Positions 27,973 through 40,389 of a stretch of DNA of 64,000 nt are shown in pieces. This DNA comes from Rhizophagus irregularis. Taxonomy: Eukaryota. Both the position numbers and the translations under genes were made by a program. The stretch spans positions 930,001 through 994,000 of the forward strand of contig NC_089431.1 in assembly GCF_026210795.1 (NCBI RefSeq), in the 5' to 3' direction. The stretch's first letter is position 1; each line of letters starts with the position of its first letter. The notes under the pieces were generated by a model. That model worked only from the letters and a program-made list of their open reading frames with translations. It did no database searches and was not told the DNA's origin.

Positions 27973-28224
27973 TTAATAATGTACAGGATTATAATTATGT
28001 TCGATTAATTTTACGGCCAGTAAATCTCCTTCGACTCGTGGATCCCAAGCGGCATAAACAACTAAAGCAAGACTTAGAGCGATAAGAGAATGAATTAGAG
28101 TCCTTTCCCAAGGTCCTAATTCAACCAAACAAGAAGTGCTTGCAGAAGTTGATATGTCGACTATATGGTGGTTGATGGAAATTTGAGTTCGAATGGTTCG
28201 GATGGATGAAATGAGTGATTTCAT
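27973..28224 (-). CDS. Serine palmitoyltransferase small subunit-like protein (ssSPT family), 83 aa
   Basis: LVELGPWERTLIHSLIALSLALVVYAAW resembles the LEPWER + single-TM pattern of ssSPTa/b. The segment is GC-richer than its flanks. Confidence 0.7.
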   Translation of the reverse strand: MKSLISSIRTIRTQISINHHIVDISTSASTSCLVELGPWERTLIHSLIALSLALVVYAAWDPRVEGDLLAVKLIEHNYNPVHY

Positions 28225-29365
28225 GGTGAAATGAAAGTTTTAATGAGTTTTGAATTAATTGGAGTTTTGTGAACAGGTTAAACCTTTGACTTTAATATGA
28301 GGAGTATGAAGAAAAATTTGGATGATAAGGAAAAATGGTATGTATTGTTATAAGAAAAAGGTTTAGTGCTCACCGGGAGAGTGATTATTATGAATAATAT
28401 AGGAAATATAGGAATTCGAGAAGAAATGAAAGTATGGGTATGAAATATAAAAAAATTTTGATCTAGATTAATGCATTCCCAATTCCAAAATACTCTATTT
28501 CTATTTTTGAGAGAAAGACAGTCAAAGAAAAAAAAAAAAAAAAAAAAGAATTTTCACACTTTTTATATTTCAATGTTATGCCCGGTTAATTAATGTCCTG
28601 CATGAACCGACCTTGATTGGAAAAGCTCACTTGCAATTAACTCTTGTCAAACTGTTACGGTTATGCACATGTTGATATTATTTAATTTCTTTTTGAAATT
28701 CGGAATTGGGGATTTCCTTATCAAGTATGACATGCAAAATATGATTAAAAATGGAGTGTAATTTAAATATTTTATTAATTTATTATCCACAAATAGTCAT
28801 TCATTTATCTAATCTTTGAAATCAATCAAGTATCATATTATAATGAAGTGCATATGTGAACATTAAATAAAATTTGTGTATATAAATTTGTGTATATATA
28901 ACGAAATTTCTGTATTGATATAAATATAAACAACATTATTTAATACTAAACATATTTGGAAATTTGTGATCCGGGTAAGAATGGGACTCACGAAATTACC
29001 ATATATATGACCAATATAACATTAAAATAGTAATAAAGATAAATTTAATATTTCCTTTAATGAAAATCAAATTCTAAACGGTTTAATATTAAAGGGTAAT
29101 CTTTTTTGTAATTTTTGTAATAAATTTTTTTTTTTAAACAACTATATTACAATTTTTTTTTTCATTTCCTTTTTTTTTTTGAAATGTACATATATTCTAA
29201 ATATATACTAATCTATAAAAAGTATTACTGTCCAGCAGTATTTTTTTTCTTTTTTTAAAACAAATAATATAAATAAAAATTCAGTAATACTTTTTTTTCT
29301 TTTTTTTTTTAAAAAAAAAATTACATTAAAATAAATAAAAAATACATTTAAAACTTAAATGTTTT

Positions 29366-29981
29366 TCATATGTAATAATAAAACCTTCGTTTTATTGGTG
29401 ATGGATTTGAATCAAATATAGGAAAATTTTTTGGTATGCCAACTATCGGAGCTACAAAACCCCATCGTTTCATTTTCTTTTTTTGTTCACTTGTTATAGA
29501 ATCTTCTTGATCAATATTATCAATATTTGATTCTTCCGAATTAGTGTTAGATGAAGGTACATTAACGTAACCCCAACGTTTTTTTGATAATTCGGGAACC
29601 TTGTGAACTGCAAGTGATTCTACCACTACAACCATTGCTTTTGGAAAGTAGTGATATCTATTCGGATATGAGATTATTGTATTGAATTCATTCAATTCAT
29701 TCAATTCATCTAATTCATCTAATTCACTTAATTGTGATTCCGATGATATGCGAGAACTTTTATATGTATCTGGAATTATTTTAATATTGCTGGTAATTGA
29801 TCTTGATCTTCTTATACATTTCCCTACCTAAATGAAAAAAATTAATTAATTTAAAATTAAAATTAATTAAAATTTATAAATAAAAAAAAAAAAAAAAATT
29901 TTTTTTATCTCCGAAACAACGGTCCAATTAAAAGAAGTTTTTACTTACTTTGGAGATTAAACTATTATTTCTACGAGACAT
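29366..29981 (-). CDS. Hypothetical ~164-aa protein, 2 exons (29981-29949, 29827-29366)
   Basis: ATG at 29981 and a GTAAGT donor; the TAG acceptor joins in frame with the 112-aa ORF. Contains an ELDELDELNELNEF repeat and a doubled KRWG(Y/F)V motif. Confidence 0.6.
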
Positions 29982-31297
29982 ATTGATATTATTAATAATG
30001 ATTTTTTTTTTTATTTATCTATATATAAATTGCTCTGATCCAAAGCAGAAACAAGATTTACTTGGTTGAATTTTTATTTTTTTAATTTTTGTGCGTATTT
30101 TGAAAAAAAGAGAAAATCTTTTTTTTATTTTTTTTTTTAGAATGCAAATACTTCGTATTCTTATATATGATTTCAATAATAAAGAATCAAAAGATTGTCT
30201 ATACCGTTAAAGTATTATCTCCTTGTCAATTTTTACAAAAAAAGGCAAAAAACAAAGTGTTTAAACCCTTTGTTGGAAAAATACTAAAATATCCTTTGTA
30301 TTATCTGACGTTGTTAAGATTGTTCCTGTAATCTTTAAAAGGAAATGATTGTCCTCCAAAAAAATTTTATTCTAATAATACCTTTTGATATCATAAAAAA
30401 AGTTTAGCATAATATATTTATTGGATTGTTTTGGAATAATATATAACAAACCCTAAAAAAAATTCGATTTTTTTCGATCATATACATAAAATTTTACTAA
30501 AATTAATTATTATCCTTTCTTCTTTTTTTAAACGAGTCAGATGAGGACATAATAACTCTGTTGTCTAACAAGGGATCTTGCTTTATGTACCACTTTACCT
30601 ATTACGATAAATATTGTTAATACAATATGTTTAAAGATAACACAACGATGGCGTAAAGTACATGTGAGTTATAACAGATAAGGTCTTGTAATAATAACAC
30701 AATAGTAAAAATTGATGAATCATATTCTTTTTTGGACAAAAGTGCAACAATAGGAGTTATAAGATTTCGAAATTGCACTCAAACTCAACTAGCATTTTAT
30801 TCATGCAGGAACAAATTCTAAAACGTAATATTTAAACTAAAGCGAAATGGTTAAATAAGAGAGATGAATGTATGTTAGAAACAACATTAACGATCAGTAT
30901 GGTGGTCTTCGAAGAATTTGTTGTTTGTCTTGGAACGGTAAATCAACATTGGGACGTTAGTCTAACATATTCCTTACTAAATACGGTTACAAGTTATTCC
31001 GTAATGCATGATTAATTTTTAATTGGTTAAACTTAGTTTTATAACGACTGTAATTCATAAATAATAAATTTAATATAATAAAAAAGAAATATTGGTTTAA
31101 TAATGTTACATTATGAACGTTTGTTTTTATTAGCTGACCAAACATTAACATGAAAAAATATCATTGAATAATAATATTTATTAATGTTTAGGTATAATTT
31201 AATAAATAATACATCATATCATAAAAAAAAATTAATAATTATTATTAAATACAAAAAACCTAATCTATAATACATCGGGGTCAACCATTTTATTACA

Positions 31298-34200
31298 TTA
31301 TTCGATGGCACCACTAGCCATGGCTTCTTCTACTTCTTTAACTTCTCCTTCCATAATTTTACTTCTTCCAAGTGCTTTCTTTGCTTCATCAAGTTTATTC
31401 GCTTTCTTAAATACTAAAGCCAACTTTTTACAATCTACAATACTTATTCTTACTTGATCTAAATATTTATCCATTGTCAATTGTCCAGTTTGTACTTGTA
31501 TAACTAATAAATTCTGCTTAATCTCTAAAGCATTTTTCCTATCTGTTAAATCGTCTGGAATTGATTTATGTTGTGCTTCCAATGTTGCAATTTGAGCATC
31601 AACTGCTTCAACTTCATGTTGTATTACAAGATTAGAAACAAGGGCATCAACACTAGTAATAATACATATGTTAATAAATTTTCAAATAATCAATATATCA
31701 TTTAACTAAAAAAAAAAATAAATTACTTGTTTAATTGCTCTACTGCTTGCTCCAAATCATTTTGTTCGCTACCTGTTGAAATCGTATCACGACTTGGAGT
31801 TGCTGCTGCAACTGTTCTATGTGGAGTTGCTTTTTGTTGTGGGACAGGAGTTGATATTTGGGAAGGAGTTTCATTTTTAACAGAAATAGGTGTACTTGGG
31901 GGAACTGATGATTTTGGTGTAGATGTGACTTTTGGTTTGATTGGTGTTTGTTGTGGTGTCTTTGGAGTAGCAGCTAGTGGATCTGATTGTAAAGTATTTC
32001 TAATAGGGGTTACCGGATCTGATTGTAAAGTATTTCTAATAGGAGTTACCGGAGCTGATTGTAAAGTATTTCTAATAGGAGTTACTGGAGCTGATGTTGA
32101 TGCTTGAGTAGTAGATTGTAAACTAGCAAAAGTTGAATTATTAGTGTTAAACTCATCTATAATAAGCCATTTTTCAGTCTTAGCTACAATATCTGCTTTC
32201 GTTAAGGGTATTCGTATTCTTAAACGAATTTCTAACTTTCCACCTGTAGGTTTCCGTAAGTGATCTACTAGCTGATAATGAATAACATTAAATTATTTGA
32301 TTATATATATTATAAATAAATAATATTAATTAAAATAATTATCACATACATCTAAAACTTGATGAATTTCGGCCTTATTTAAAAATTGTTCCAACTTAAT
32401 GGTAGCTTTTCCTAATGAAATGGCTTTTCGTAAAAATCCTCTATAATGAAATACTTCAAAAGTAGCTTTTTTGGAGCTCACATAACGTTGAAATGCTTTT
32501 GTCCGTTCTATGTTTATAACTTTTTTCCAATTAAATACTAAATTTATAAAGGAAATTATGGAAATTAGTAAATTTTATAACATTAGTAAATTTTTTATTA
32601 AAAATTAAATAATTTTAAACCTGGATCCATTCCACGTGGAGCAGTTGAAGTATCGCCTTTACCACTACCAGCACCAGGACTACCTTCAGTTGGCCATCCA
32701 ATATCCCAACTTACGAATGCATCAACATCTTTTCCATTCACTTCTTTACTGCCTAGATTATAGGCTCTAACAATGCAAACTTCCATATCATTTGCGGATA
32801 ATTCTAAGAAAGCATTTTCAATACTATATGTTATGTCTTGAAAATGAAACGCTGGTACATCTTTCCCGTGCGTACGATATGAAATCAATGAAGTTAGATC
32901 AGCCGCAAAAGATTTTTTATAACGGTAAAAAGTCGTAGCTTCAACCTTATTTCCAGTTTTCAAATAATAAGCTGATAGTGTAGTACATAAAGCAACTTGT
33001 GATTCTAATTGAGATATTAGACGCGCATACTGTTCTTCCGTTGAAATCTAAAAAAAAAAAAATAAAATAATTTTAGAATATCGTAAAATACCACAAAAAA
33101 ATAAAAATGCCATAAAATAATATCTATTTAAATTTACCATGGTAAATGGTTGTTCGTCATCATCAATGATACTCGCATTAATAGCATTATCTAATACTGT
33201 TAATACTCTTTTTTTTGGAGTCGATACTGGCGTTACGTTCGTTGATGCATTTTTTCGTATGGTGGGTGGACTTTGTGGTACAGGTTCACGTTGAGACACG
33301 TCAGGATCACCGGGAATCCCCCACCCTTCAGGTAAATTGGCACCATTTTCTAAAGATTTCATTATTTTTCGGATATCTGTTGCTGTATTAAGAAACTCTT
33401 TTGCGCGCGGAATATCGGAGGTTTTAAATTTAATAGCCGCCTCCTTATATTGCATAAACTTTTTATTTAAAATATCAATGATCTCCTGATTTCGAGAAGA
33501 AATTTCTGTTTTTTGCTGTGCACTAATATCAACCTGAATATTCTCTGATTTAACTTCAATTTCGGAAACTTGTTTACTTTGTGACAAAAGCTGAGCTCGT
33601 TTCGCTTCTAGTTGTTTATATGCTTTCACTGATTCTACAGCTCCAGCTTTGTCACCTTCCCGCTTTTTCATAAGAGCATTGAATTTTTCTTCTTGTATAT
33701 ATTTCGCTAAAAGGTCTACATCATTTGATTGTAATTTATCTTCAATTGATTGCTCTTCAACGACTTGCAACTCCGAACTTTGACTTATTAGAGATTCACT
33801 GTTATCTTTACTAACTTTAGTCTGAGTTTCCTGTACAACAATTTTCTCTGTTGCAGTAATTTTTTTCACATCCTCAATTTTTTCTTCATCATTTTGATGG
33901 CCTCCTAATCCTTGTAACTCTTTCTATAATTATCAACTAAGTTAGTATAATCGTTTAAATATATTATCTTAATTAAATCAAGATCAAGATAAAAAGTAGA
34001 AATAAAAATAAAAAAAAAGTAGAAATTAAAGTAAAAAAAAAAAAAAGTAGGAATCAAATAAAAACAAAAATTAGAAATCAGAATAAAAATAGAACAAAAT
34101 CAAAATAAAAATGAAAATTAAAATGAAGATAAAATGAAAATAAATGAAAATAAAATAAAAATAAAATATAATCAAATAAAATAAAATAAATAAAAATAAA

Positions 34201-34667
34201 AATAAAAATAAAACTATTAAAAAAAACGTACTAACAAATTTGGATCCTTCATATCATCTTCAGTAAATTCAACTTCATGATCATCATTCTCTGCTCCCAA
34301 AGCATTTATTGCATCAATATCAACATCACCAGGAAAATTTGGGATTGATGTAAGATTAGATTTAGTTTGAGGTTGTGGTTGTGGTTGTGGTTTTGATTTT
34401 GATTTTGGTTTATTTCTTTGAATACTTGAACTTAAAGCATTTAATTCCCCCTTTAAAATTTAAAAGAAAAACAATCATATTTATAATATTCATTTACTAT
34501 TAGTAATATAAATAAATAAAAAGTCATACCAATAAATCTGGATCATTTAAATCCATTTCATCAAAATCATCATTCATAGGTATATCTAAATCATCAAGTC
34601 CTTCTATACCAAGACTTCCTAAATCAATTTTATCAGAATTATTTGGTGCTTTAGACCATTTAAACAT
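31298..34667 (-). CDS. CC2D1: CC2D1/Lgd-like protein (acidic N-terminus, DM14-like repeats, C2 domain); 7 exons
   Basis: Exons 34667-34530, 34450-34232, 33923-33138, 33047-32621, 32537-32350, 32271-31727, 31652-31298. Features: DLNDPDLLGEL, DM14-like QYKEAAIKFKTSDIPRAKEFL, a C2 domain, and the family hallmark RKPTGGKLEIRLRIRIPL...TEKWLIID. Confidence 0.85.
31979..32094 (-). repeat. In-frame 36-bp coding tandem repeat x3 (PVTPIRNTLQS[A/D])
   Basis: Plus-strand unit GGA(T/G)CTGATTGTAAAGTATTTCTAATAGG(G/A)GTTAC(C/T) is repeated three times inside exon 6 of the CC2D1-like gene. Confidence 0.92.
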
Positions 34668-35303
34668 TTTTATTATTATTTTTTTTTTATTGATATTATT
34701 ATTATTATAAATAAAATAAGTAAAAGAACAGGTATGAATAAAATAAAAAATTTTTTTAACTATATTTTAATTTAAGACGAGAATAAAGAGTATTTAATAA
34801 ATAAAAAGTATTATTTTTTTTTCCGTTTTTTTGTAACGGCTTTTATCTAAAAAAAAAATAAAAAAAAAATCATGAGAAAGATATTCATTTTCAAGGTCCA
34901 AAATCATACGTGCATTCACTCTAATATAATGTTAAATCTTTCATAAATCTGTATTGTTAAAATAAAATAAAAAATTAATAAATATATTGCCTACCATATA
35001 ACGAATTCAATTGAAAAGTATAAATAATAAAAAATGTTTTTTTGATCGATAAAGCTGAAAAGAACGGCTATTTTGTTTATATATTTATGTGATAGTTACA
35101 CGACATCTCAAAATTTTTTTAAAAATCGTTAGATTAATTTTTATTAGGTTGAAGATTACTAAGAAATATTTATTTAATAAAACTAATTATACAGCAAGAA
35201 GCAAAGCTATTTTGTAGTAAATCAAGGAGTCATTTTATGATTCAGATAAACTCACTAACGTTACAAATGAACATAATACAATCGTTAAAGATCAGATAAT
35301 TTG

Positions 35304-35897
35304 TTATTCTTCCTCCTCTTGAATTTTTTGTTGTTTTTGTTCATCATATAGAGTATCTCCTCCCAACAAACCAATATTATGTAAAATATAAACTGCCATT
35401 TTGTAAACACTCCAAATAGAAACGGTAAAGAAAGTGGTCGAGATTGCTGAAAAGGTTAAAAAAAGTGCGACAGGAACAAAGAATAACAAACCAATCCCAA
35501 CGAAAAATCCTTCTGCCAACAAAATACCCATTCCACTGACAAATAAGACAAGAGTAAGAGTACCGATAAGAAAGGTGATTAAAATGGCTAAAGGAATAAC
35601 ATTTAAAACTGCTACACCATAACCAAACCAACTTAGAGGAGGAAAATTATTCCAAACATATCTAACCGACTTGATAATCGGTTTAGAATAATCACGTGGG
35701 TGTTGAAAAATTTCGCGTCCTTTATCCATTGCCGTTTCTAAAAGATTATATACCAATGATTCTTTTACGATTCCCCTTTGTGTGAAAGAGCGTTGAGAAA
35801 AATTATTTAGTGCTTCATTGACTTTATCTTCCCTTTCTTGAAAATCATCATAATAATATTTTTCATTATCATTAGAACATAACTGTTCTTCAGACAT
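35304..35897 (-). CDS. Promethin / LDAF1-like lipid-droplet assembly protein, ~197 aa
   Basis: A long continuous hydrophobic hairpin FPPLSWFGYGVAVLNVIPLAILITFLIGTL...ILLAEGFFVGIGLLFFVPV with the P..P..EG pattern of the promethin family, and charged termini. The start could also be the ATG at 35906. Confidence 0.72.
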   Translation of the reverse strand: MSEEQLCSNDNEKYYYDDFQEREDKVNEALNNFSQRSFTQRGIVKESLVYNLLETAMDKGREIFQHPRDYSKPIIKSVRYVWNNFPPLSWFGYGVAVLNVIPLAILITFLIGTLTLVLFVSGMGILLAEGFFVGIGLLFFVPVALFLTFSAISTTFFTVSIWSVYKMAVYILHNIGLLGGDTLYDEQKQQKIQEEEE

Positions 35898-36187
35898 TGT
35901 GAACATGTAAAAGCAAAAAAGAGAAAATAGAAGGTTAAAAAAAATTTTTTTTCGCGATACTACTAAATTTATTAGATTTTTATCAATTATATAAATCAAA
36001 TTTTTTCATGCATCATATTAATGAACTATGACCAAATATTATTACAGAAATAATCTAATGAGTAATCATATAATCATTTAATTAATCAATTAATCAATCA
36101 ATCAATACAAGTTTCTGAGCAAATTTATCGAATCTCACTATTAGACATAAAAATTGTGCTGCGACAAAAATAATTTTTGTGCTACTG

Positions 36188-36249
36188 GCGAGGTATCACA
36201 TGATTAAACAATTTTTGTGACGCGAGGACGCGAGGTATCACATGATTAA
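36188..36249. promoter_or_regulatory. Duplicated 20-bp motif containing an E-box in a divergent promoter
   Basis: GCGAGGTATCACATGATTAA occurs twice (36188-36207, 36230-36249) in the ~430-bp gap between the divergent promethin-like and F-box genes. The core is ATCACATGAT (CANNTG). Confidence 0.5.
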
Positions 36250-36323
36250 TAAAGTATTTAAATAAGCCACTCGATGGTCATTATTAAAATAATAATAATA
36301 ATAGTTTTACATTGACTTCAATT

Positions 36324-38207
36324 ATGGACAAAATCAATAGTAATATTTTAAATAAAAGTCCAGTTCTTGTTCCTGACTGTCTTAATCTAGTCTTTAATTA
36401 TTTAGCAAATGATAAAAATACTTTATTTTCATGTCTATTTGTAAATCACTTATGGTGCAATTTAGCCGCTCAACATTTATGGAAAGATCCTTTTTCGTTG
36501 ACTTCGAAAATTCAAAAGGTAAAACTTTTTCAAGTCTACGTATCAAGTTTACCACATAAAGAAATACGACAACTTAACGAGAAAGGTTTGAAGATTCCAA
36601 ATCTTGTAACTCCAAACTTTAAACTTCCATATTTTTCTTATTTAAAACAAATTTTTTATCGAAAAATTGAAGAATGTGCACTTGAATGGCTTTTATATGA
36701 GGATGATTCAGATTCTAGTGATAAATTTTCATTGAATTGTTTCGAAAATATGGAATATAATGATGATGACATTTCTGATGAGGAATATGAACCAACAGAA
36801 TCAGAATTAGAAGTTAGTTCTGAAGAAAGTTCTGATGAATGTTCTGAAGATGATAGTGGATCTATGAAAATAGTTTTTAGAGATACATTTTTTCAACAAG
36901 ATCCAAATCATCCAGTATTTGCCCTTCATCAGAAAGCATTAACTTTTGCAGTATTTAAACAACTTCTTGCAAGTTGTAACAAATTAGATGTGTTAAACAT
37001 GTCATTATTTTCTTCAAATTCAACTATTCCAGATATTGTTCTTATACCAGGATGTCATACAGCATTTTCTGATATAACCGTATTTAATTTTTTTCAAAAA
37101 GGAATTTATGGGGATGCAGAACGAGCTAAAATCATCTGCTTCTTGAATATACTTGGATATTCGTCTCGTAATATTTCTAAGATTGGAATAATCGTAGACA
37201 CAGAGATAGAAGAGACCTATATATCAAATTTAATTAATGTTCAAGAAGATCTTAAATACTTAACAATTAAATATGCACAGGGTCGTACAAACCTGCAATC
37301 ATTTCTGGAATCTATACCTCAAACCTTAGTGTACTTGGAGTTATATGCTGTTAAACTTAGCGATTGTTCATTCAACGCTCTTTTTGAATGTAAAAATTTA
37401 GAAGAAATTAAATTAGTAAGATGTCGATTTATTTGTCATAAATTAGATCAAGAACAGGTGTCAGAATCTGAAGGTCTTAAATTGAGAAAGATCTTTTGGA
37501 AAGAGAATGTATATAATCATTATAAATATTTTGTATCTCTCATTAGAGGTGCAAATAAAACCCTTAAAGAAGTTGTACTCTGCCTCCCCGCGAATCGAGT
37601 AAGAGACGTTACTGATACTAATGAAATTTTAAATGCTCTTGCCAAATTTTGCCCAAACATTAAGCTCTTTGCGATTCTGGTAAAATTACAGAGAAATTGG
37701 TCTTATTTTCATGAAAAATTTTATGTTCATTTATTGACGTGCTTCTATTAATTCTAGGACGTTTACTCGTATTATACACAACTCGTAAAAGTATTTGAAT
37801 CCTATCCTTGGGAAAATTTAACTTCTTTAACATTAGGATCAGAACATTCTTATTCAGTACCGTATATTGCCATAGATAGATTGGCTCCATACCTTCCTGC
37901 GTCTTTACGCAAGTTGCGTATTGCGTGTGCAGTATCTGAGCAAGATTTAAAAACTTTCTTTGACAAATGTCAAGCACCAATTGAAGAGTTGAGTATTCCT
38001 AATTTGAATCAAATATTTACAAATCGTCATTTGAGAATTATTAGAGATTACATCAAGGAAAAGAGAACTTTGAAACAATTTGATTTTGAATTTAGTCACA
38101 ATCAAGTAATTTCTTACGAATTATGGAAAGAAATAAAAGAAATGGTAGATACTAGAACACATCATCTTTTTGATCCATTTTATTATCCTCCTTGTGATCT
38201 ATTTTAA
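36324..38207 (+). CDS. F-box / LRR protein with an acidic insertion; 2 exons (36324-37679, 37758-38207)
   Basis: F-box-like LVPDCLNLVF...LFSCLFVNHLWCNLAAQHLWKDPF and a D/E/S-rich block. Intron 37680-37757 (GTAAAA...TTGAC...CTAG) links the two ORF-track pieces in frame. Confidence 0.85.
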
Positions 38208-38478
38208 GGTTAGAGTTAGGTTAGTGTTAGGTTAGAATTAGAGTTAAGTTGGAGTTAGGTTGGAGTTAGGTTGGAGTTCGACTGTCTCGTGCCCTAATTG
38301 TTTCCTGCAATTAGCGAAGCAATCGATCCACGTCTTCCTGCATAATTCCGTGCTGGGTAATGGGTTTCAAAACAACAGAATCTTGGGAAGTAACAAACTT
38401 AGACCAGATTAGACAAGAATGTTAGATTTAGGTTAAAGTTAGAATTAGGGAAATAAAAAAGTGTTATAGAATTAGGGG
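38208..38478 (+). repeat. Two blocks of degenerate telomere-like GTTAG/TTAGG repeats
   Basis: 38208-38279 is GGTTAGAGTTAGGTTAGTGTTAGGTTAGAATTAGAGTTAAGTTGGAGTTAGGTTGGAG...; a second block at ~38420-38478 includes TTAGGG. Confidence 0.6.
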
Positions 38479-40389
38479 TAAAACAATTATGTAGTGAATT
38501 TTAATTTTAATTGTTTTTAAAATATTGTTATTCGGGATCCGAAGGAGTTATCCGACGACATTGAAAAGATTTAACACGCAAAAAAAGCAGCAAGAATGAA
38601 TAGTGGGTTACTTCATTGCAAGTAAACCTCCAGTTGATGCACTCAATTGGTACGTAATATGATCTTGCGAAAAAGGGTTTAGACATAATGGATGATTATT
38701 TAATTTTAATAAGTATGGGCTTTTCTGGAGTAACACAAAAGAGATATATAATATTAGTATAGTATGTTTGTGGAATTTTTTACTTTGTATGTATGATTTT
38801 TTATGGTACATATATACTTATCACAATATATAATAATATGTATGTATGATAGTATGATTTAAATTTTTTTATTACGTATAAACGAGTGAAATTTTAAAGA
38901 AGGAGCGAGCGCAATCGAAAAGGTGTATGACGAGGCTGGTAAAAAAAGTATGATTTATATACGTATGTATGAAATTTTTTTCACTACATACGTACAATTT
39001 TTCTATATTTAACAATCAAAGTAGTACGTACTACTAGTGTTGGTCTCCGTAAATAGTTGAAGTCCAAAAGTCAAGTAAATATAATGTTTGTAAATCAGAA
39101 TTACCATCTTTTAACTAACCACAATAGTGTAGTATTTACAGCCAATTTACAGCTTACGTTTATAATATTACAACCGCTAAAGGTTGTAATTCGATATATA
39201 ATAATCGTTACTTACGACAACCAACCTTAGTACGTGCGATTTAAAATCATACGTACTAACAAAAAATGCAATATACATACTATTTTACAAATCATACCAT
39301 ACTAAGATCGGATACACCGAATACAAAATATGTTTTTTCAATCAAAATATTAACAATTGAATAAGTGGTATGATTTTTAATGAAAATAATGAAAATCATT
39401 ATACTTTAAAAATAGTAACGTTTCATAAATAATATTTCGGATTTTCTTTCAATAAAAGTCGTGTAACGAATTTTTGGTCTAGAATCTCTTTTGATATATC
39501 AACATAACAGATAAACAATTACGAAAAATCACGAAAAGTAAAAATTTGATTAAAAGGGAAATTTAAATTATTAAACAAATTTTTAAAATTTTTTTCAATA
39601 TTTTCGGTATAACAAAGAAATTAATATTAAAAATAAATAAATAAATAACAAACAAACGCGAAATGTCAAAAAAAAAAAAAAAAAAAATAAGTAATCATTT
39701 TCAACTAGGAAAAAAAAATGGACGAAAAAGGTAAAAAAAAAAATGAACGAAAATGGTAAAAAACGAAAAAGATGATGATTTTCCTGAATTCATCAACAGC
39801 TGATTCTATCTTCAGCAAATCCTATTAATTAAATAAAGTTTTTCGTAGTTTTAATTGGGTAATACATGAAAAAATCAAAATAATAACTTTATTAAATCCC
39901 TATTGAACCCTTGTTGAACCTCATGTTTAACTATTTTGAACCTGTGATTCAAAATTTTCTGGTTTGGATCTGCCATATCATCGGGTATTTTCACCATTTT
40001 GGGACATTACCGAACCCTTACTAATAATTAATTGAAATATGCCTAATATTAGTAAGGTTAGTAAAGTTTTAGATAATAAAATAATAATTTAAATTATAGG
40101 TGATTTTTTAAAATAGAAAATTAAAAAAAATCATGGTATCCAATAATATTACATAAAAAAAAATAAACAATTTTTCCGGAATTTATCTCAAAAATAAAAT
40201 TTTAACAGTTGATTAAAATTAACAATAACAGATTAATAACAGGTAAATAAATAAATCAGACGTGCATAAAAACTCTTTTTTATTTCGTTTCATTTCATTT
40301 CATTTCATTTTTTTTTAAAGAAATAAAAATATTGTAATAAAAGATTAATAACATAGTAATAAATAATCATTTTTTTTTAAAAAAAAACT

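Noticed and set aside
31727..32107. Plus-strand 126-aa Gly/Val/Cys-rich ORF
   Set aside because: Antisense shadow of the Pro/Thr-rich CC2D1-like exon. The same applies to ORFs at 1713, 21301, 22139, 23623, 24113, 35434, 37660, 52977 and 57096.
33924..34231. A-rich AAAATA-type repeat as a separate element
   Set aside because: It is the low-complexity interior of a CC2D1-like intron.
37680..37880. Frameshift or pseudogene in the second F-box gene
   Set aside because: A canonical GT-AG intron (37680-37757) joins the two ORFs in frame.
38720..39310. Possible MITE built from TATGTATGAT / ATCATAC motifs
   Set aside because: The inverted similarity is loose, and no termini or TSD could be defined.
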